A stretch of DNA of 64,000 nt, taken from Gemmatimonadales bacterium (lineage in GTDB: Bacteria; Gemmatimonadota; Gemmatimonadetes; Gemmatimonadales; GWC2-71-9). Positions 20,545-31,096 of this stretch are shown one piece after another (position 1 is the first letter of the stretch; the number at the start of each line of letters is the position of its first letter). Location: the NCBI GenBank assembly GCA_038321865.1, contig JBBQFH010000012.1, positions 1 through 64,000 of the forward strand, given 5' to 3'. The position numbers were made by a program, and so were the translations under genes. The notes under the pieces were generated by a model. The model ran no database searches. It saw only the letters and a list, made by a program, of their open reading frames with translations, and was not told where the DNA came from.

Positions 20545-21891
20545 TCAGGCGCCGATCGTATAGCGCTTGATCTTGTTGATGAGGGTCGCGCGCGAGATGC
20601 CGAGCTCGGCGGCGGCGCGCGTCCGATTGCCCGCATGATGCTTGAGCGTGCGCTCGATGTGCTGCCGCTCGAGGTCGTCGAGACTCAACGGGGTGTGCCG
20701 CCGGTCGCCGACACCGGGCCGGGCGCGGAATTCGCTGGGCAGATGCTCGATGTTGATCGACGGCTGGCCGCGCCCGAGGATCAGCGCGCGCTCCAGCACG
20801 TTCCGCATCTCGCGGACGTTGCCGGGCCACGGATAGGCCAGCATGCGCTCGACCACTTCGGTGTGCACCGCGGTCGGCCCCTCGGGGAGCATCTTCTGCA
20901 GGTCGGTGAGGATGCGCGTGATCAGCGCGAGACGGTCCTCACGGGGACGGTCGCGCACCGCCGGCAGGCGCAGCGGCATCACGCTCAGCCGATAGTACAG
21001 ATCTTCCCGAAAGCGTCCCGATTCCACCTCCGCGGCAAGGTCGCGATTGGTGGCGGCCACGAGCCGGACGTCCACCGTGATCTCGCGGGTGCCGCCGAGC
21101 CGGCGGAAGGTCTTGGTCTCGAGCACCTTGAGCAGCTTCGGCTGCAGCTCGGGCGCGAGGTCGCCAATTTCGTCGAGGAAGATGGTTCCCCGGTCGGCGA
21201 TCTCGAACAGCCCCTGCTTGCGGTCCTTGGCGTCGGTGAACGCGCCTTTCTCGTGACCGAACATTTCACTGTCGAGAACGGTTGCGTTGAGGCCGGCGCA
21301 GTTCACTTCAACGAACGGCTCCTTGGCGCGGGGGCTGAGATCGTGAATCAGCCGCGCGACCCATCCCTTCCCGGTGCCGCTCTCGCCGGCGAGCAGTACC
21401 GTGGTGCGCTCGCTCTGGGCCAGGAGCCCGATCTGATGTGCGAACTCGCGCATCTGCGCCGAGCTGCCGAGCGACTCGAGCCCCATCTGGGGGGCGGTGT
21501 GGCTGAACAGTGTTTCGTTCACCCGCCGGAGCCGGACCTTGTCGGCCACCCGCGCGGTGGCCGCGGCGAGGTGCGCCATGTCCACCGGCTTGGTGAGGAA
21601 GTTTTCGGCCCCGAGCTGCATGGCGCGAACGGCCGTTTCGATGTCGCTGTGTCCGGTGAGCAGGATGACCGCGGCATCACGCTGGCGCAGGCGCTCGAGC
21701 ACCTCGAGCCCGTCCATGCCCGGCAGGCGAAGGTCGAGGATGACCACCTCGGGTCGGAGCCGGTCGAACGTCGCCAGCCCGGCCTCGCCGCTCAGCTCCC
21801 GCGTGACTTCGTATCCCAGGCGCTCGAAGTAATTGCCGATCGAGCGGAGCACATCCACATCGTCGTCGATCAGCAGGACGGATTCGGCCAT
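20545..21891 (-). CDS. NtrC-family sigma54-dependent response regulator
   Basis: REC domain (IDDD, LDLRLP), [36 protein letters not shown] and Fis-type HTH. Confidence 0.95.
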   Translation of the reverse strand: MAESVLLIDDDVDVLRSIGNYFERLGYEVTRELSGEAGLATFDRLRPEVVILDLRLPGMDGLEVLERLRQRDAAVILLTGHSDIETAVRAMQLGAENFLTKPVDMAHLAAATARVADKVRLRRVNETLFSHTAPQMGLESLGSSAQMREFAHQIGLLAQSERTTVLLAGESGTGKGWVARLIHDLSPRAKEPFVEVNCAGLNATVLDSEMFGHEKGAFTDAKDRKQGLFEIADRGTIFLDEIGDLAPELQPKLLKVLETKTFRRLGGTREITVDVRLVAATNRDLAAEVESGRFREDLYYRLSVMPLRLPAVRDRPREDRLALITRILTDLQKMLPEGPTAVHTEVVERMLAYPWPGNVREMRNVLERALILGRGQPSINIEHLPSEFRARPGVGDRRHTPLSLDDLERQHIERTLKHHAGNRTRAAAELGISRATLINKIKRYTIGA

Positions 21892-22796
21892 CAGGAGCTC
21901 CGGTTGTGGAGGATGCGGATCGCGCCGGGAACGACGGTCGCCGTGAACGGGGTCGAGCCGCCGGGCTCACCGTCTAGCTGTACCGGCTCCGCGGGCTCCG
22001 ACACGACCGAGACCTCATGCCCCCGGGCGTACGCGATGTACGCGTCGGGCCCGGTCCCGCCGGTGGTTTCCCGCAGCAGGTGCCACACCGCGCGAACGCT
22101 CTGGCGCAAATTGCTCGCGCGAATGACGATGACGTCCAGGATGCCGTCGTCCGGCCGGATACCCGAGCGCAGCCGGATGAACGGCGGAATCACCTCACCG
22201 CAGTTCGCCACCACCACCAGCGCCGCTTCGGCGGCAAACTCGACGCCGTCCACGGAGATCTGGTGGCTCGCCGTGCGCAGTTCGCCAAGCAGCGTGAACG
22301 TCGTCGCCAGATAGGCTCCGATCTTCCAGCGACGCTTGCGCTCGGATGTCGTCGCAGCCATGACGCGTGCGTCGTACCCCGCCCCGCACGCCACCGCGAA
22401 GTACTGCACGCCGTCCGGCCGGTCCATGCGCCCCAGGTCGAACGGGCGCGGGTGTCCGCGGATCAGCGCTTCGGTGGCGCGCACCGGCGAGATCGGAATC
22501 CGCAGGTTGCCGGCCAGCAGGTTGCCGGTCCCGCCGGGAATAACCCCCAGATGCACCTCGGTCCCGACCAGCGCCGACGCCGCCTGCATCGTGGTACCGT
22601 CTCCGCCGAAGACGGCCACCACGTCGACGCCGGCGGCCACCCCTTCCGCCGCCATCCGGCGCGCGTCACCCGGACCCGCCGTTTCCCGCAGATCGGTGGC
22701 CCACCCCGCGCTCCTGAACGTGTCGACGATCGCGCGGACGGCGAGCGGCCGGGTGCGAGCGGCGGCGGGATTGGTGATGAGCATCGCACGCGCCAC
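21891..22796 (-). CDS. Diacylglycerol kinase-family (YegS/BmrU) lipid kinase
   Basis: NPAA, GGDGT, PGGTGNLLA and QLDGE motifs. Confidence 0.93.
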   Translation of the reverse strand: MARAMLITNPAAARTRPLAVRAIVDTFRSAGWATDLRETAGPGDARRMAAEGVAAGVDVVAVFGGDGTTMQAASALVGTEVHLGVIPGGTGNLLAGNLRIPISPVRATEALIRGHPRPFDLGRMDRPDGVQYFAVACGAGYDARVMAATTSERKRRWKIGAYLATTFTLLGELRTASHQISVDGVEFAAEAALVVVANCGEVIPPFIRLRSGIRPDDGILDVIVIRASNLRQSVRAVWHLLRETTGGTGPDAYIAYARGHEVSVVSEPAEPVQLDGEPGGSTPFTATVVPGAIRILHNRSS

Positions 22797-25700
22797 TAGA
22801 ACTCCCGGTCCCAGAGCACGTCCACACCGATCTGGTATGGGGCCGTGAGGCTGTATTCCGGGTTGATGCCGTTCGCACGGCAGGTCTGGAAGGTCGGCTC
22901 CACGCCGGCCTGCACCTTCCAGGCTCGGCCGAACCGGAAGTCGACGCTGGCACCGAGATTCTTCGAGCCGAACCCGACCTGGTTGTTGCAGAAGCCCGCG
23001 TTGAGGCGGAAGAACAGCTTCGGGCCGATCTGCCAGCCGGCCGCGAGCTGCGTGATCGTGCCGCCCGCCACGGTGCCCCCGGCGAGCGCCGGGCGGATCT
23101 CGAGGAGGTCGACCGGCAGCCCGACGTCCGAGACGAGGGCCCGCTCGAGGTCGCTGGAGACCGCGCTCGTCAGGATGGACGCCGCGTTCTGAATCGCGTT
23201 CTGCTGCAGCCCCTGCGCCTGGCTCGCCGGCACGCCCAGGATCAGGTAGGACACCAGGTCCACTTCGGGCAGCGCCGGCCGGATGTTGGGGCCGCTCGAC
23301 AGATCGAGCTGCGGCCGAAGCAGGGTGCCCGTGATCCGCGCGATGACCGGGACGTCCATGCCGTTGGCGGCCCGCACCACGTGCTGCGCCTCGACGTCGA
23401 GCTTGGCGTTCAGATCCGGCGTGCCGAAGTACTGCACGGTGCCCTTGGTCACGTCGAAATCGCGGCTCACCGGCCCGATCTTGAGGGTGTAGGTGCCGCG
23501 CGGCGTCGAGAGCGTCCCGTCGATCCGGTACTCGCGCAGGCTCTTGTTCACCCGGACATCGCCTTCGAGCTGGATATTGGCCTCGGTCGAGCGCAGCCAG
23601 AACTCCTGCCCGACCGCGAGGTTGAAGTCGCTGATGGCCAGCTGCTCCATGAAGCGGTTCGAAAATCCGGCCCGCAGGCCGCGCTGGCGCACGACGGTCG
23701 TGTCCACCAGATCCAGATTGGTCGGATCATCGAGATCGATGACGCGCTTGTTCAGCAGGTCGGCGAACCAGAGCGCGCCTTCATCGGCCGAGCCGCTCCC
23801 GCTGAAGGTGGCGCCGAAGAACGGGCCGTCGAGATCGAAGTGGCCCGTGGCCGCCAGCTTGAGGAAGTTGCGCTCGTTGATCGCCTGAAAGCCGCTCGCG
23901 TCCATGTGGATCGTCAGCACCGGACGGGTCAGCTCCTGGAGCCGTACGATGCCGTGTACGTCCAGCATGCCGCCGCCACTCTGGATCTTGACGTGCTCGA
24001 TCGCCGCGGAATCGCCGCCGAAATCGGCGCGGCCCAGGATGCCCTCGTAGTGCACACCCAGGGCCGGGATGTCCATGGCGCCGTCGGCCAGCGCCACGAA
24101 CCCGGCCAGCTGCGGAGCTTTCCAGGTGCCGACGACCTTGGCATCCGCCGACAGGAATCCGCTGGCCCCGCGCACGCTGCTGGTGAACGCCTCGATCAGG
24201 CCCAGGTCGACGCTGTCGGCAAGCGCGCGCACGCTGATCGGGCCGTCCAGCTGGCGCTGCTTCACCCCCTGAAGCCCGAGGTCGATCGGCAGCTGCGCTT
24301 CCAGTTGCATCACCGTGTCGCCGCTGCGCGAGAGCAGGAGTCGCGTGTCGAGGCGCCGGTCGGTGTAGTCCAGCGCGCCCTGCACGTACGGCATGTATGC
24401 CTCGGCGAACCGGCCGTCGGCGAGCGACGCGGTGCCGTGCACGGTCGGGGCCCGCGCGGTGCCCGTCAACCGCAGGTCGAGCCCGATGGTGCCGGCGGTG
24501 CCGGCGGTGTCGCGGCCCATCAGATCGTAGACATCCCGAAGGTCCACGCCGTAGGCATGCACGGTCAGATCCCCCGGGCCGGACCGGGGCAGCCGGCCGG
24601 CGACGCTGATCGCGCCCGAGCCATCGGCCGCGGCCAGGCGCGTCGCGCCGAGCGTCGGCGCCGAGTCGCCGAGCGTGAGGGTCGTCGGCGCGTCGAGCCG
24701 CCATGCGCGAGTCGGCAGTGCCATCGCGAAGGTGTCGACACCCAGCACCGTGAGCGCGCCTCGGCGATACCACGACCCGGTTCCGTTCACCCGGGAGATG
24801 AAGCCGACGCCGGTCCCCACCGACCACCCAAGCGAGTCGGGGCGGCCTGACGCCGCGAGCGACGTGCTGGTGAACTGCCAGCCGCCGGTGGCGGTCGTGT
24901 CGGTGATGAGCGCGAGGGAGTCGCTGCGAAGCGTGCCGGCGAAGAGTGGATGAGCCCCGCCCGTGTAGCTGAAGCTCCCCGTATCGGACGGCGATCGAAG
25001 CCCCTGGAACTGGAAGTGCCGGACGCCGAACTGTCCGGCCATCCGGAGCGTGTCGAGACTGCCCGCGAGGGTGACGCTCGCGCTCGCGACGCCGCCGAGC
25101 GGGAGCAGGTACCGGCGCGTCGAATAGCGCGTCTGCCCGGTGAGCGCGAGCGCGAGCGAATCGAACGCGGTGAGGCTGTCAGCCGCCAGCTGGAGCGTCA
25201 TCGTGCCGTCGTGCGGCCGGACCCAGCCGAGCGTGCCCGAGCCCCCGGCACGCGCGCCTTTCCACTCGGTGTACAGGGTGTCGAGCCGGATCACGCCGCC
25301 GGTCACACCGAGGTGGGTGTACAGCGTGTCGATGGTCCACTCCCGGACACTGCTCCGGTCGAGCGCCAGCTCGAGCGTTCCCTCCGGCGGATGCGGAGAC
25401 TCGGCGGTGCCGGTGGCGGTCAGCACGCCGTTGAGCCGCGTCCGGGGCCCGCTCCCCTGCAGCGCCGCCAGGTTCAGGGCGGAGAACCGGACCCGCAGTG
25501 CGTCGGCGCCCAGTCTCGGCGGCACCAGCGTCATGCCGCCGTGCGCCTCGATGGTGCCGATCTCGCCGCTCAGCGTCGCGTCCACGGCCAGCCGCTCCAT
25601 CGTCCCGGCCAGCTTCACGTGCCCTCGCACGTCGCCCTGGGTTTTCAGCGTCGGGAAGCCGCGGCGGATCCCTTCGAAGGACAGCGGGTCGAGCTCGAGG

Positions 25701-27226
25701 TCGGTGTCGAGCGCGAGGACCTTGCCGCGGGTGTCGAGGTGGACGGTGCCGCGCATCACGCTGGCCGGCCGCTGGCCGTCGCGCTGGGCGGCGCTGCCGC
25801 GAAACACGACGTTACGGAGCGGACCGTTGAGTGTCCCCTGCGCCGCGAGGCGGCCGGGAATCACCACCGCCGGCGCCAGCCGGCGCGCGGTCGCGAGGTC
25901 GATGTCGGAGCTGCGGAGATTGACGCCGTAGAAGGTGAGTCCGTCTACCTTGCCGAAGCCGACGGTACCGTCGGCTTCAATGAGGCTGACCGGCTGCCCC
26001 GGCACCTTGGCGTCAGCGAAGGCCCAGTCCACGTTGATCTTGAGCCGCTCGAGCAGGAATCCGGAACCCTGCAGCTTGCCGCTGAGCGTACCGTAGAAGG
26101 GCAGCGTATCCACGTAGGCACGGACGGCATCGATATCGAGGTTCGCGAGCGTGAGGTTCATCCCGCGCACCCCGATGCCGCGGATGCGGTCCTGCAGCGC
26201 CACCACCTCGCCGTCCACCCGTTGCGCGCCGTTGCGGAGGTGCAGGTCACGCAGGGTATAGGCGGTGAGCGCGCCGGTCTCCGATTTCGCGGCCAGCGTC
26301 CCCCGCCCGGTCATCGCGGGAAACAGCGGCGAGACCCAGTGCAGGTCGGCAAGGCTCACCTGCGGGGCCGTGATCTGGAAATCGAACAGGACGGTGTCTC
26401 GCGGCCAGGTGACGGCCCCGCCGCCGCTGAATCGCGTGGCCGGCAGGGCCCCGCGTCGCAGGCTGAAGATCACGCTGTCGCCGTGGAACCGGAGCCGGCC
26501 GGCGGCATCGGTAAGGGTCACGGCCGGATCACTCACCCGGGTCGCGAGAGTGTCGAGGTCGATCGTGAACGGCTTGTGATCCGGCGTGCTGACCTGCAGC
26601 TTCGACATCACGGTCGTGAGGTCGCGAAGCACGATCACCTTCCGGAGCCCCTCCCGGCTCTCGTCGATGACGCGTCCGGGCTTTGCCCGCTCCGCCGTGA
26701 GCGCCGAATCGCGCTGGGCCGGGGTGGCATCCTTCGGCGGATTCCACGGCAGCGCGATCTGCAGCTCGCCATCGAGCACCCGCACGTCGTTGAACTCGAT
26801 CAGCGGCGAAGTCGTGCCCTTGGGCCCGCGACCCAGCCCGAAGACGTCCTCGTAGTTCATCCGGCCATCGCGGTGCTTGATGATCTGGATGACCGGATTG
26901 TCCAGGTGGATGCCGCTGAGAACGATGTTGCCGCTGATGAGGTTGGGCAGGCGGTAAGCGACGCGGACGCGTGGCAGGTCGGCCAGCAGGACGCCCTGGG
27001 TGTCCCGCACCACCACATGTTCCAGGGTCAGGTCGTACAGGAAGGAGCCGGAAATCGAGCCGACCTGGACCGAGCCGTGCACCACCCGGTTGAGCGCATC
27101 GGAGACCGTCCGCGCGAGCAGCGCCCGTCCCGGCGGCGTCAGCGTCAGCGAGGTGACGATGCCCAGCAGCGTGGCGACGATGCCGAACAGGATCACGAAG
27201 ACGAAGCGCGCGAGTGGCCGGCGCAT
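22796..27226 (-). CDS. tamB: Translocation and assembly module TamB (AsmA-like)
   Basis: 1476 aa, N-terminal TM anchor, beta-rich body, DUF490-like C-terminus; coupled to an Omp85 gene. Confidence 0.9.
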   Translation of the reverse strand: MRRPLARFVFVILFGIVATLLGIVTSLTLTPPGRALLARTVSDALNRVVHGSVQVGSISGSFLYDLTLEHVVVRDTQGVLLADLPRVRVAYRLPNLISGNIVLSGIHLDNPVIQIIKHRDGRMNYEDVFGLGRGPKGTTSPLIEFNDVRVLDGELQIALPWNPPKDATPAQRDSALTAERAKPGRVIDESREGLRKVIVLRDLTTVMSKLQVSTPDHKPFTIDLDTLATRVSDPAVTLTDAAGRLRFHGDSVIFSLRRGALPATRFSGGGAVTWPRDTVLFDFQITAPQVSLADLHWVSPLFPAMTGRGTLAAKSETGALTAYTLRDLHLRNGAQRVDGEVVALQDRIRGIGVRGMNLTLANLDIDAVRAYVDTLPFYGTLSGKLQGSGFLLERLKINVDWAFADAKVPGQPVSLIEADGTVGFGKVDGLTFYGVNLRSSDIDLATARRLAPAVVIPGRLAAQGTLNGPLRNVVFRGSAAQRDGQRPASVMRGTVHLDTRGKVLALDTDLELDPLSFEGIRRGFPTLKTQGDVRGHVKLAGTMERLAVDATLSGEIGTIEAHGGMTLVPPRLGADALRVRFSALNLAALQGSGPRTRLNGVLTATGTAESPHPPEGTLELALDRSSVREWTIDTLYTHLGVTGGVIRLDTLYTEWKGARAGGSGTLGWVRPHDGTMTLQLAADSLTAFDSLALALTGQTRYSTRRYLLPLGGVASASVTLAGSLDTLRMAGQFGVRHFQFQGLRSPSDTGSFSYTGGAHPLFAGTLRSDSLALITDTTATGGWQFTSTSLAASGRPDSLGWSVGTGVGFISRVNGTGSWYRRGALTVLGVDTFAMALPTRAWRLDAPTTLTLGDSAPTLGATRLAAADGSGAISVAGRLPRSGPGDLTVHAYGVDLRDVYDLMGRDTAGTAGTIGLDLRLTGTARAPTVHGTASLADGRFAEAYMPYVQGALDYTDRRLDTRLLLSRSGDTVMQLEAQLPIDLGLQGVKQRQLDGPISVRALADSVDLGLIEAFTSSVRGASGFLSADAKVVGTWKAPQLAGFVALADGAMDIPALGVHYEGILGRADFGGDSAAIEHVKIQSGGGMLDVHGIVRLQELTRPVLTIHMDASGFQAINERNFLKLAATGHFDLDGPFFGATFSGSGSADEGALWFADLLNKRVIDLDDPTNLDLVDTTVVRQRGLRAGFSNRFMEQLAISDFNLAVGQEFWLRSTEANIQLEGDVRVNKSLREYRIDGTLSTPRGTYTLKIGPVSRDFDVTKGTVQYFGTPDLNAKLDVEAQHVVRAANGMDVPVIARITGTLLRPQLDLSSGPNIRPALPEVDLVSYLILGVPASQAQGLQQNAIQNAASILTSAVSSDLERALVSDVGLPVDLLEIRPALAGGTVAGGTITQLAAGWQIGPKLFFRLNAGFCNNQVGFGSKNLGASVDFRFGRAWKVQAGVEPTFQTCRANGINPEYSLTAPYQIGVDVLWDREF

Positions 27227-29391
27227 CAGAACGGCTGCCCGACCGCGAAGTGGATGGTGATCTTCCGGTGGCGATCGAGCTGCAGCCCGTCCGGAATGAT
27301 CTGCACCGAACCGTCGGCGTCGTTGCGCACGTAGAGCGTACCCACGGGCAGCTTGTACGGATTGTACGCCACGTCGAACCGGGCGGGCCCCAGCGGCGTC
27401 GCCACCCGCAGCCCCACGCCCGGGGTAATCCGGATCTGGGGCTTCGATACCGACGTCCGTCCCCGTTCCCACACCGTGCCGGCATCGACGAACGCCGCCA
27501 GGCGCAGGCGCTCCTTGAAGAACGGCGACGGCAGCCGCAGCTCCGCGTTCGCCACCGCGAGCGAGTTGCCGCCGGTCGGGACGACCCGCACGGAGTCGGG
27601 CACGTCGTTGAGGCCCGCGGCGCCGTAGGTGTCATACACCGACTGGCTGACGGTATAGGCCACCGGCCCCAGCTCATTGCGCTGATAGCCGCGCACATCG
27701 TTCGGGCCGCCGCCGTAGAACCGCTGGTCCGGCGGGATGTACGGATTGGCCCCGCTCGCGAGTGCCACGTTGGGCGAGAAGATCACGCCGCCGCGCAGGT
27801 GCCAGCTGAACACGATCTCGCGCGTGAGCGGAAAGTACTTGGTGTAGTCGCCGACCACCCGCGTGAACTGGCTGAGCGATGACGAGCCGATGAACCGTGA
27901 CGCGACGGTCGCCTGGAGCGACGCGATCGAGCCCCGGCTCGGATCCAGCGGATTGTTGGCCCTCGGCACCGAGACAGACCCCGTCAGCGTCGCCTGGCGG
28001 ATGCGCTGGCCCAGCCGCTCGACGTCAGCCGGATCACAGGCATTCAGGAAGGCGCAGAAGCTGGCTGGCGTGGCCGAGGTGCGCCCCAGCGACAGGGTGT
28101 ACGTCAGGCTCAGCGGCAGCCGGCGGCGCGGCGACTCGCGCGCGATGCTCACGCTCACGCCCTGCTCCGTCCGCTGGTACACCTTGAACTCCGACCGCCG
28201 CTCCGTGAAGCCGCTGATGATCAGGATGTTGTTGGGCGAGCGGAACGCCGGACGGCGGAGCGATGCCGTCAGGTTGTAGTTGAGCAGCCGGGAGCCGACC
28301 GAGTCGTCCTTGAGCGCACTGCAGATGCCGCTGTTCTCCAGCCCCCAGTCGAGCGGGCGGCCGGTACCGACCTTGGACACGCCGCCGGTGATGTCCAGCA
28401 GCTTGGCGTGGCCCAGGAAATTCCGGATCGCGAAGCCGCCGTTGGCCCGGAGGCAGTCGCTGGTACCGTAGCCCAGCCCGGCACGGGCGTGGTAGGGCGG
28501 GCTCTCCGTCACCCGCACGATCAGCGGCACCGAATCCATTCCGACCCTGAACGCCGACGTGTCGATGTTGACGGACGCCAGCCGGAAATGGTCGGAGTTG
28601 TACAGGTTGCGCTGGCTGGCGAAGAGATCCTCGGCCGAGTAGAGCCGGCCCGGACGCGCTTCCATCAGCCGGACGACGAAGGCGGAGTCGATGTGCTCGG
28701 TGCCCTCGACCTTGACGGTCCCGACCACGGCGCGGACACCCGGCACGACGTTCATCGTGAGCTGGGCGGTTTTTTCTTCGTGCCGGCTGTTGAAGCTGAG
28801 GAATACATCGGCGGATGGATAGCCTCGGTCGCGCAGGCGGTGGATCATGGTATCGGCCGACGCCCGCATCCGCTGGCGGTCGAATACGTCACCCTGCTGC
28901 AGCGGCAGGTCCAGCGCCACGGCCCGATTCAGCTTGGGCTCGAGGGAATCGAGACCGGTGATGCGAAGCGTATCCACCCGGATCGGAGCGCCTTCGGTAA
29001 TCACGAAGGTGATCGACGCGCTCGTCGGGGTCCGGCGGACGATGGTGTCGACCTTGGCGTCGGGAAATCCGCTGAGCTTGTAGAGCACGCCGATGCGCAG
29101 CACGTCGCGCTGAAAATCGGTTTCGTTGAGGTAGCGCTTCTGGCCGAGGAATCCGAGCCAGCTGAAGGGCGCCTGCCGGGCAAAGAAGCTCGAGTTCGTG
29201 GTCGCGATCCGCGCTTCCAGCGCCGCGGGACTGAGCGACTTGTTCCCCTTCCACTTGAGGGCGCGCACCACCAGGTCGCGGCCCTGCGCCTGGGCACGAC
29301 CGGGTACGGCGAGCCCGCCGCCCAGCAGCAGGCAGAACAGAACGCGCTTCACGAAAACCGGGCCGACGGGCCTGGTGAACCACAAGTGCAT
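27226..29391 (-). CDS. tamA: Omp85/TamA-family outer membrane protein
   Basis: Signal peptide, POTRA-like domains, RFYGGG..VRGY, GLRVATPLGPARFD and C-terminal GQPF; start ATG 29391 or GTG 29352. Confidence 0.9.
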   Translation of the reverse strand: MHLWFTRPVGPVFVKRVLFCLLLGGGLAVPGRAQAQGRDLVVRALKWKGNKSLSPAALEARIATTNSSFFARQAPFSWLGFLGQKRYLNETDFQRDVLRIGVLYKLSGFPDAKVDTIVRRTPTSASITFVITEGAPIRVDTLRITGLDSLEPKLNRAVALDLPLQQGDVFDRQRMRASADTMIHRLRDRGYPSADVFLSFNSRHEEKTAQLTMNVVPGVRAVVGTVKVEGTEHIDSAFVVRLMEARPGRLYSAEDLFASQRNLYNSDHFRLASVNIDTSAFRVGMDSVPLIVRVTESPPYHARAGLGYGTSDCLRANGGFAIRNFLGHAKLLDITGGVSKVGTGRPLDWGLENSGICSALKDDSVGSRLLNYNLTASLRRPAFRSPNNILIISGFTERRSEFKVYQRTEQGVSVSIARESPRRRLPLSLTYTLSLGRTSATPASFCAFLNACDPADVERLGQRIRQATLTGSVSVPRANNPLDPSRGSIASLQATVASRFIGSSSLSQFTRVVGDYTKYFPLTREIVFSWHLRGGVIFSPNVALASGANPYIPPDQRFYGGGPNDVRGYQRNELGPVAYTVSQSVYDTYGAAGLNDVPDSVRVVPTGGNSLAVANAELRLPSPFFKERLRLAAFVDAGTVWERGRTSVSKPQIRITPGVGLRVATPLGPARFDVAYNPYKLPVGTLYVRNDADGSVQIIPDGLQLDRHRKITIHFAVGQPF

Positions 29392-29446
29392 GAAAACGCA
29401 ACGCTCCGCGCTCAGTGTCAGCCGAGCCTTCCGGCCGGGACGACGA

Positions 29447-29499
29447 TTGACGTCGTTCCGTAAGACGGGTAGTTTCACCACGTTAGCCCACGCTGTCAA
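29447..29499. promoter_or_regulatory. Overlapping divergent sigma70-like promoters between tamA and the ABC binding protein gene
   Basis: + strand TTGACG(29447)-17-TAGTTT(29470); - strand TTGACA(29499)-17-GAAACT. Confidence 0.45.
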
Positions 29500-29533
29500 C
29501 TTCTATGACGCCACACCCTTCCCCCGGCCGCAG

Positions 29534-31096
29534 ATGCGACGACTCCTGCTCACTTCGCTCCTTGCCTCCGTTGCCGCCTTCAGCATAGGACTGACCGGCT
29601 GCGTCGGCAGTGATGCGGCCCCCACCGGCACCCTCCAGTACTATCTGACGGCCGATCCGCAGACGCTGGATCCCGCCCTCTCCACCGACGTGCAGTCGGG
29701 CGAAGTGATTACGGCGCTCTTCGACAACCTGGTCCGCTTCGACGTGGACGGTCAGCTGGTCCCGGGCCTCGCCACCCGCTGGGAGGCCGACAGCTCCGGC
29801 CGGACCTACACCTTCCACCTCCGGCACGGCGCGACCTTCGTCGGCGGCCGCCCGGTGACCGCCGCCGACGCGCGCGCCTCGATCCTCCGGGCGCTGGCAC
29901 CCGGCGCCCGGGGCGGGCGGCAATGGCCGCTCCTTCCGATCCAGGGCGCCGCCGCCTACGCCGCCGGCACCGCGGCTGATGTGGCCGGCATCCGGGTGAC
30001 GAATGATTCCACCATCGCGTTCACCCTCGAGGAGCCGCTCAACATCTTTCCCAAGTTCCTGGCGATGCCGGTGGCCGCCGTGGTGCCGACGCCCACGCCA
30101 GCCGGCTTCGCCGAACATCCGGCGGGAAGCGGACCCTGGAAGTTCGTCAGCTGGTCGCACGATGATGCGATCCTGCTGGTGCGCAACGACGCCTACTGGG
30201 GCGGCGCCCCGAAGTCGGACACGCTCCGCATCCGGATCATCCCCGAAGGCCTCACCCAGGCGGCCGAGTACGAGTCCGGCCGCCTCAGCGTGGTGGAGAT
30301 CCCGTTCGGGGAGACTCGCCGGTGGGAATCCACTCACGCCGCCGAGATCCAGCGGCGGCCCACCATCCGCGATCTGTACATCGCGCTGAACACGACACGC
30401 GGCCCGCTCCGGGACGTCCGCGTCCGACGCGCGCTGAACCTGGCGGTGGACGTCGGCACCATGCTCTCAACGGTGATGTCGGATCGCGGCGTCCGCGCGG
30501 CCGGCTCGATTCCGCCCGGCATCGCGGGCTATGACGCCGGTCGCGCGCCCTACCGGTTCAATCCGGACAGCGCGAAGCGGCTGCTCGCTGACGCGGGCTA
30601 CGCAGCGGGATTCCCCCTCAAGCTCTGGCGCTCGTCCCGGCCCGAATACGCCCGCCTGGCCCAGTCGGTCCAGCAGGATCTCGGCCGTATCGGGGTGAAG
30701 GTCGAGATCCTCGAGCGCGATGCCCCCACCGTCCGTGCCACGGTCCGGAACGGCGAAGCCGACATGTACCTGGGCGACTGGTACGCCGACTATCCCGACC
30801 CCGAAAATTTCACCTACCCGCTCTTTCACTCGAAGAACAAGGGACCCGGCGGCAACTACGCCTTCCTGAATGATTCCGCGCTCGACGCCATTCTGGTGCG
30901 GCTTCGGAGCACCACCGACGAAGCCGAAAAGGCGACGCTCGCCCGCCAGGCGGACGCCCGCATCTTCGAGCAGGCACCGTGGATCTTCCTCTGGTTCCCC
31001 ATCGACATGTGGGCGGCCCGGCCCGAGCTCTCGGGCTGGAAGATCCCGGCGGTCTTCACCGGCCAGCGCTGGGTCGAGGCGAAGCTGTCGAAGTGA
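29534..31096 (+). CDS. Peptide/nickel ABC transporter substrate-binding lipoprotein (family 5)
   Basis: Lipobox LTGC; TLDPA, LATRW, YTFHLR, GSGPWKF and DVRVRRAL motifs. Confidence 0.93.
   Translation: MRRLLLTSLLASVAAFSIGLTGCVGSDAAPTGTLQYYLTADPQTLDPALSTDVQSGEVITALFDNLVRFDVDGQLVPGLATRWEADSSGRTYTFHLRHGATFVGGRPVTAADARASILRALAPGARGGRQWPLLPIQGAAAYAAGTAADVAGIRVTNDSTIAFTLEEPLNIFPKFLAMPVAAVVPTPTPAGFAEHPAGSGPWKFVSWSHDDAILLVRNDAYWGGAPKSDTLRIRIIPEGLTQAAEYESGRLSVVEIPFGETRRWESTHAAEIQRRPTIRDLYIALNTTRGPLRDVRVRRALNLAVDVGTMLSTVMSDRGVRAAGSIPPGIAGYDAGRAPYRFNPDSAKRLLADAGYAAGFPLKLWRSSRPEYARLAQSVQQDLGRIGVKVEILERDAPTVRATVRNGEADMYLGDWYADYPDPENFTYPLFHSKNKGPGGNYAFLNDSALDAILVRLRSTTDEAEKATLARQADARIFEQAPWIFLWFPIDMWAARPELSGWKIPAVFTGQRWVEAKLSK

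Noticed and set aside
24950..27334. 794-aa + strand ORF and many other long antisense ORFs (e.g. 20635-22314, 37807-39456, 46832-48748)
   Set aside because: Shadow frames of real genes caused by high GC3; Arg/Ala/Pro-rich with no motifs.
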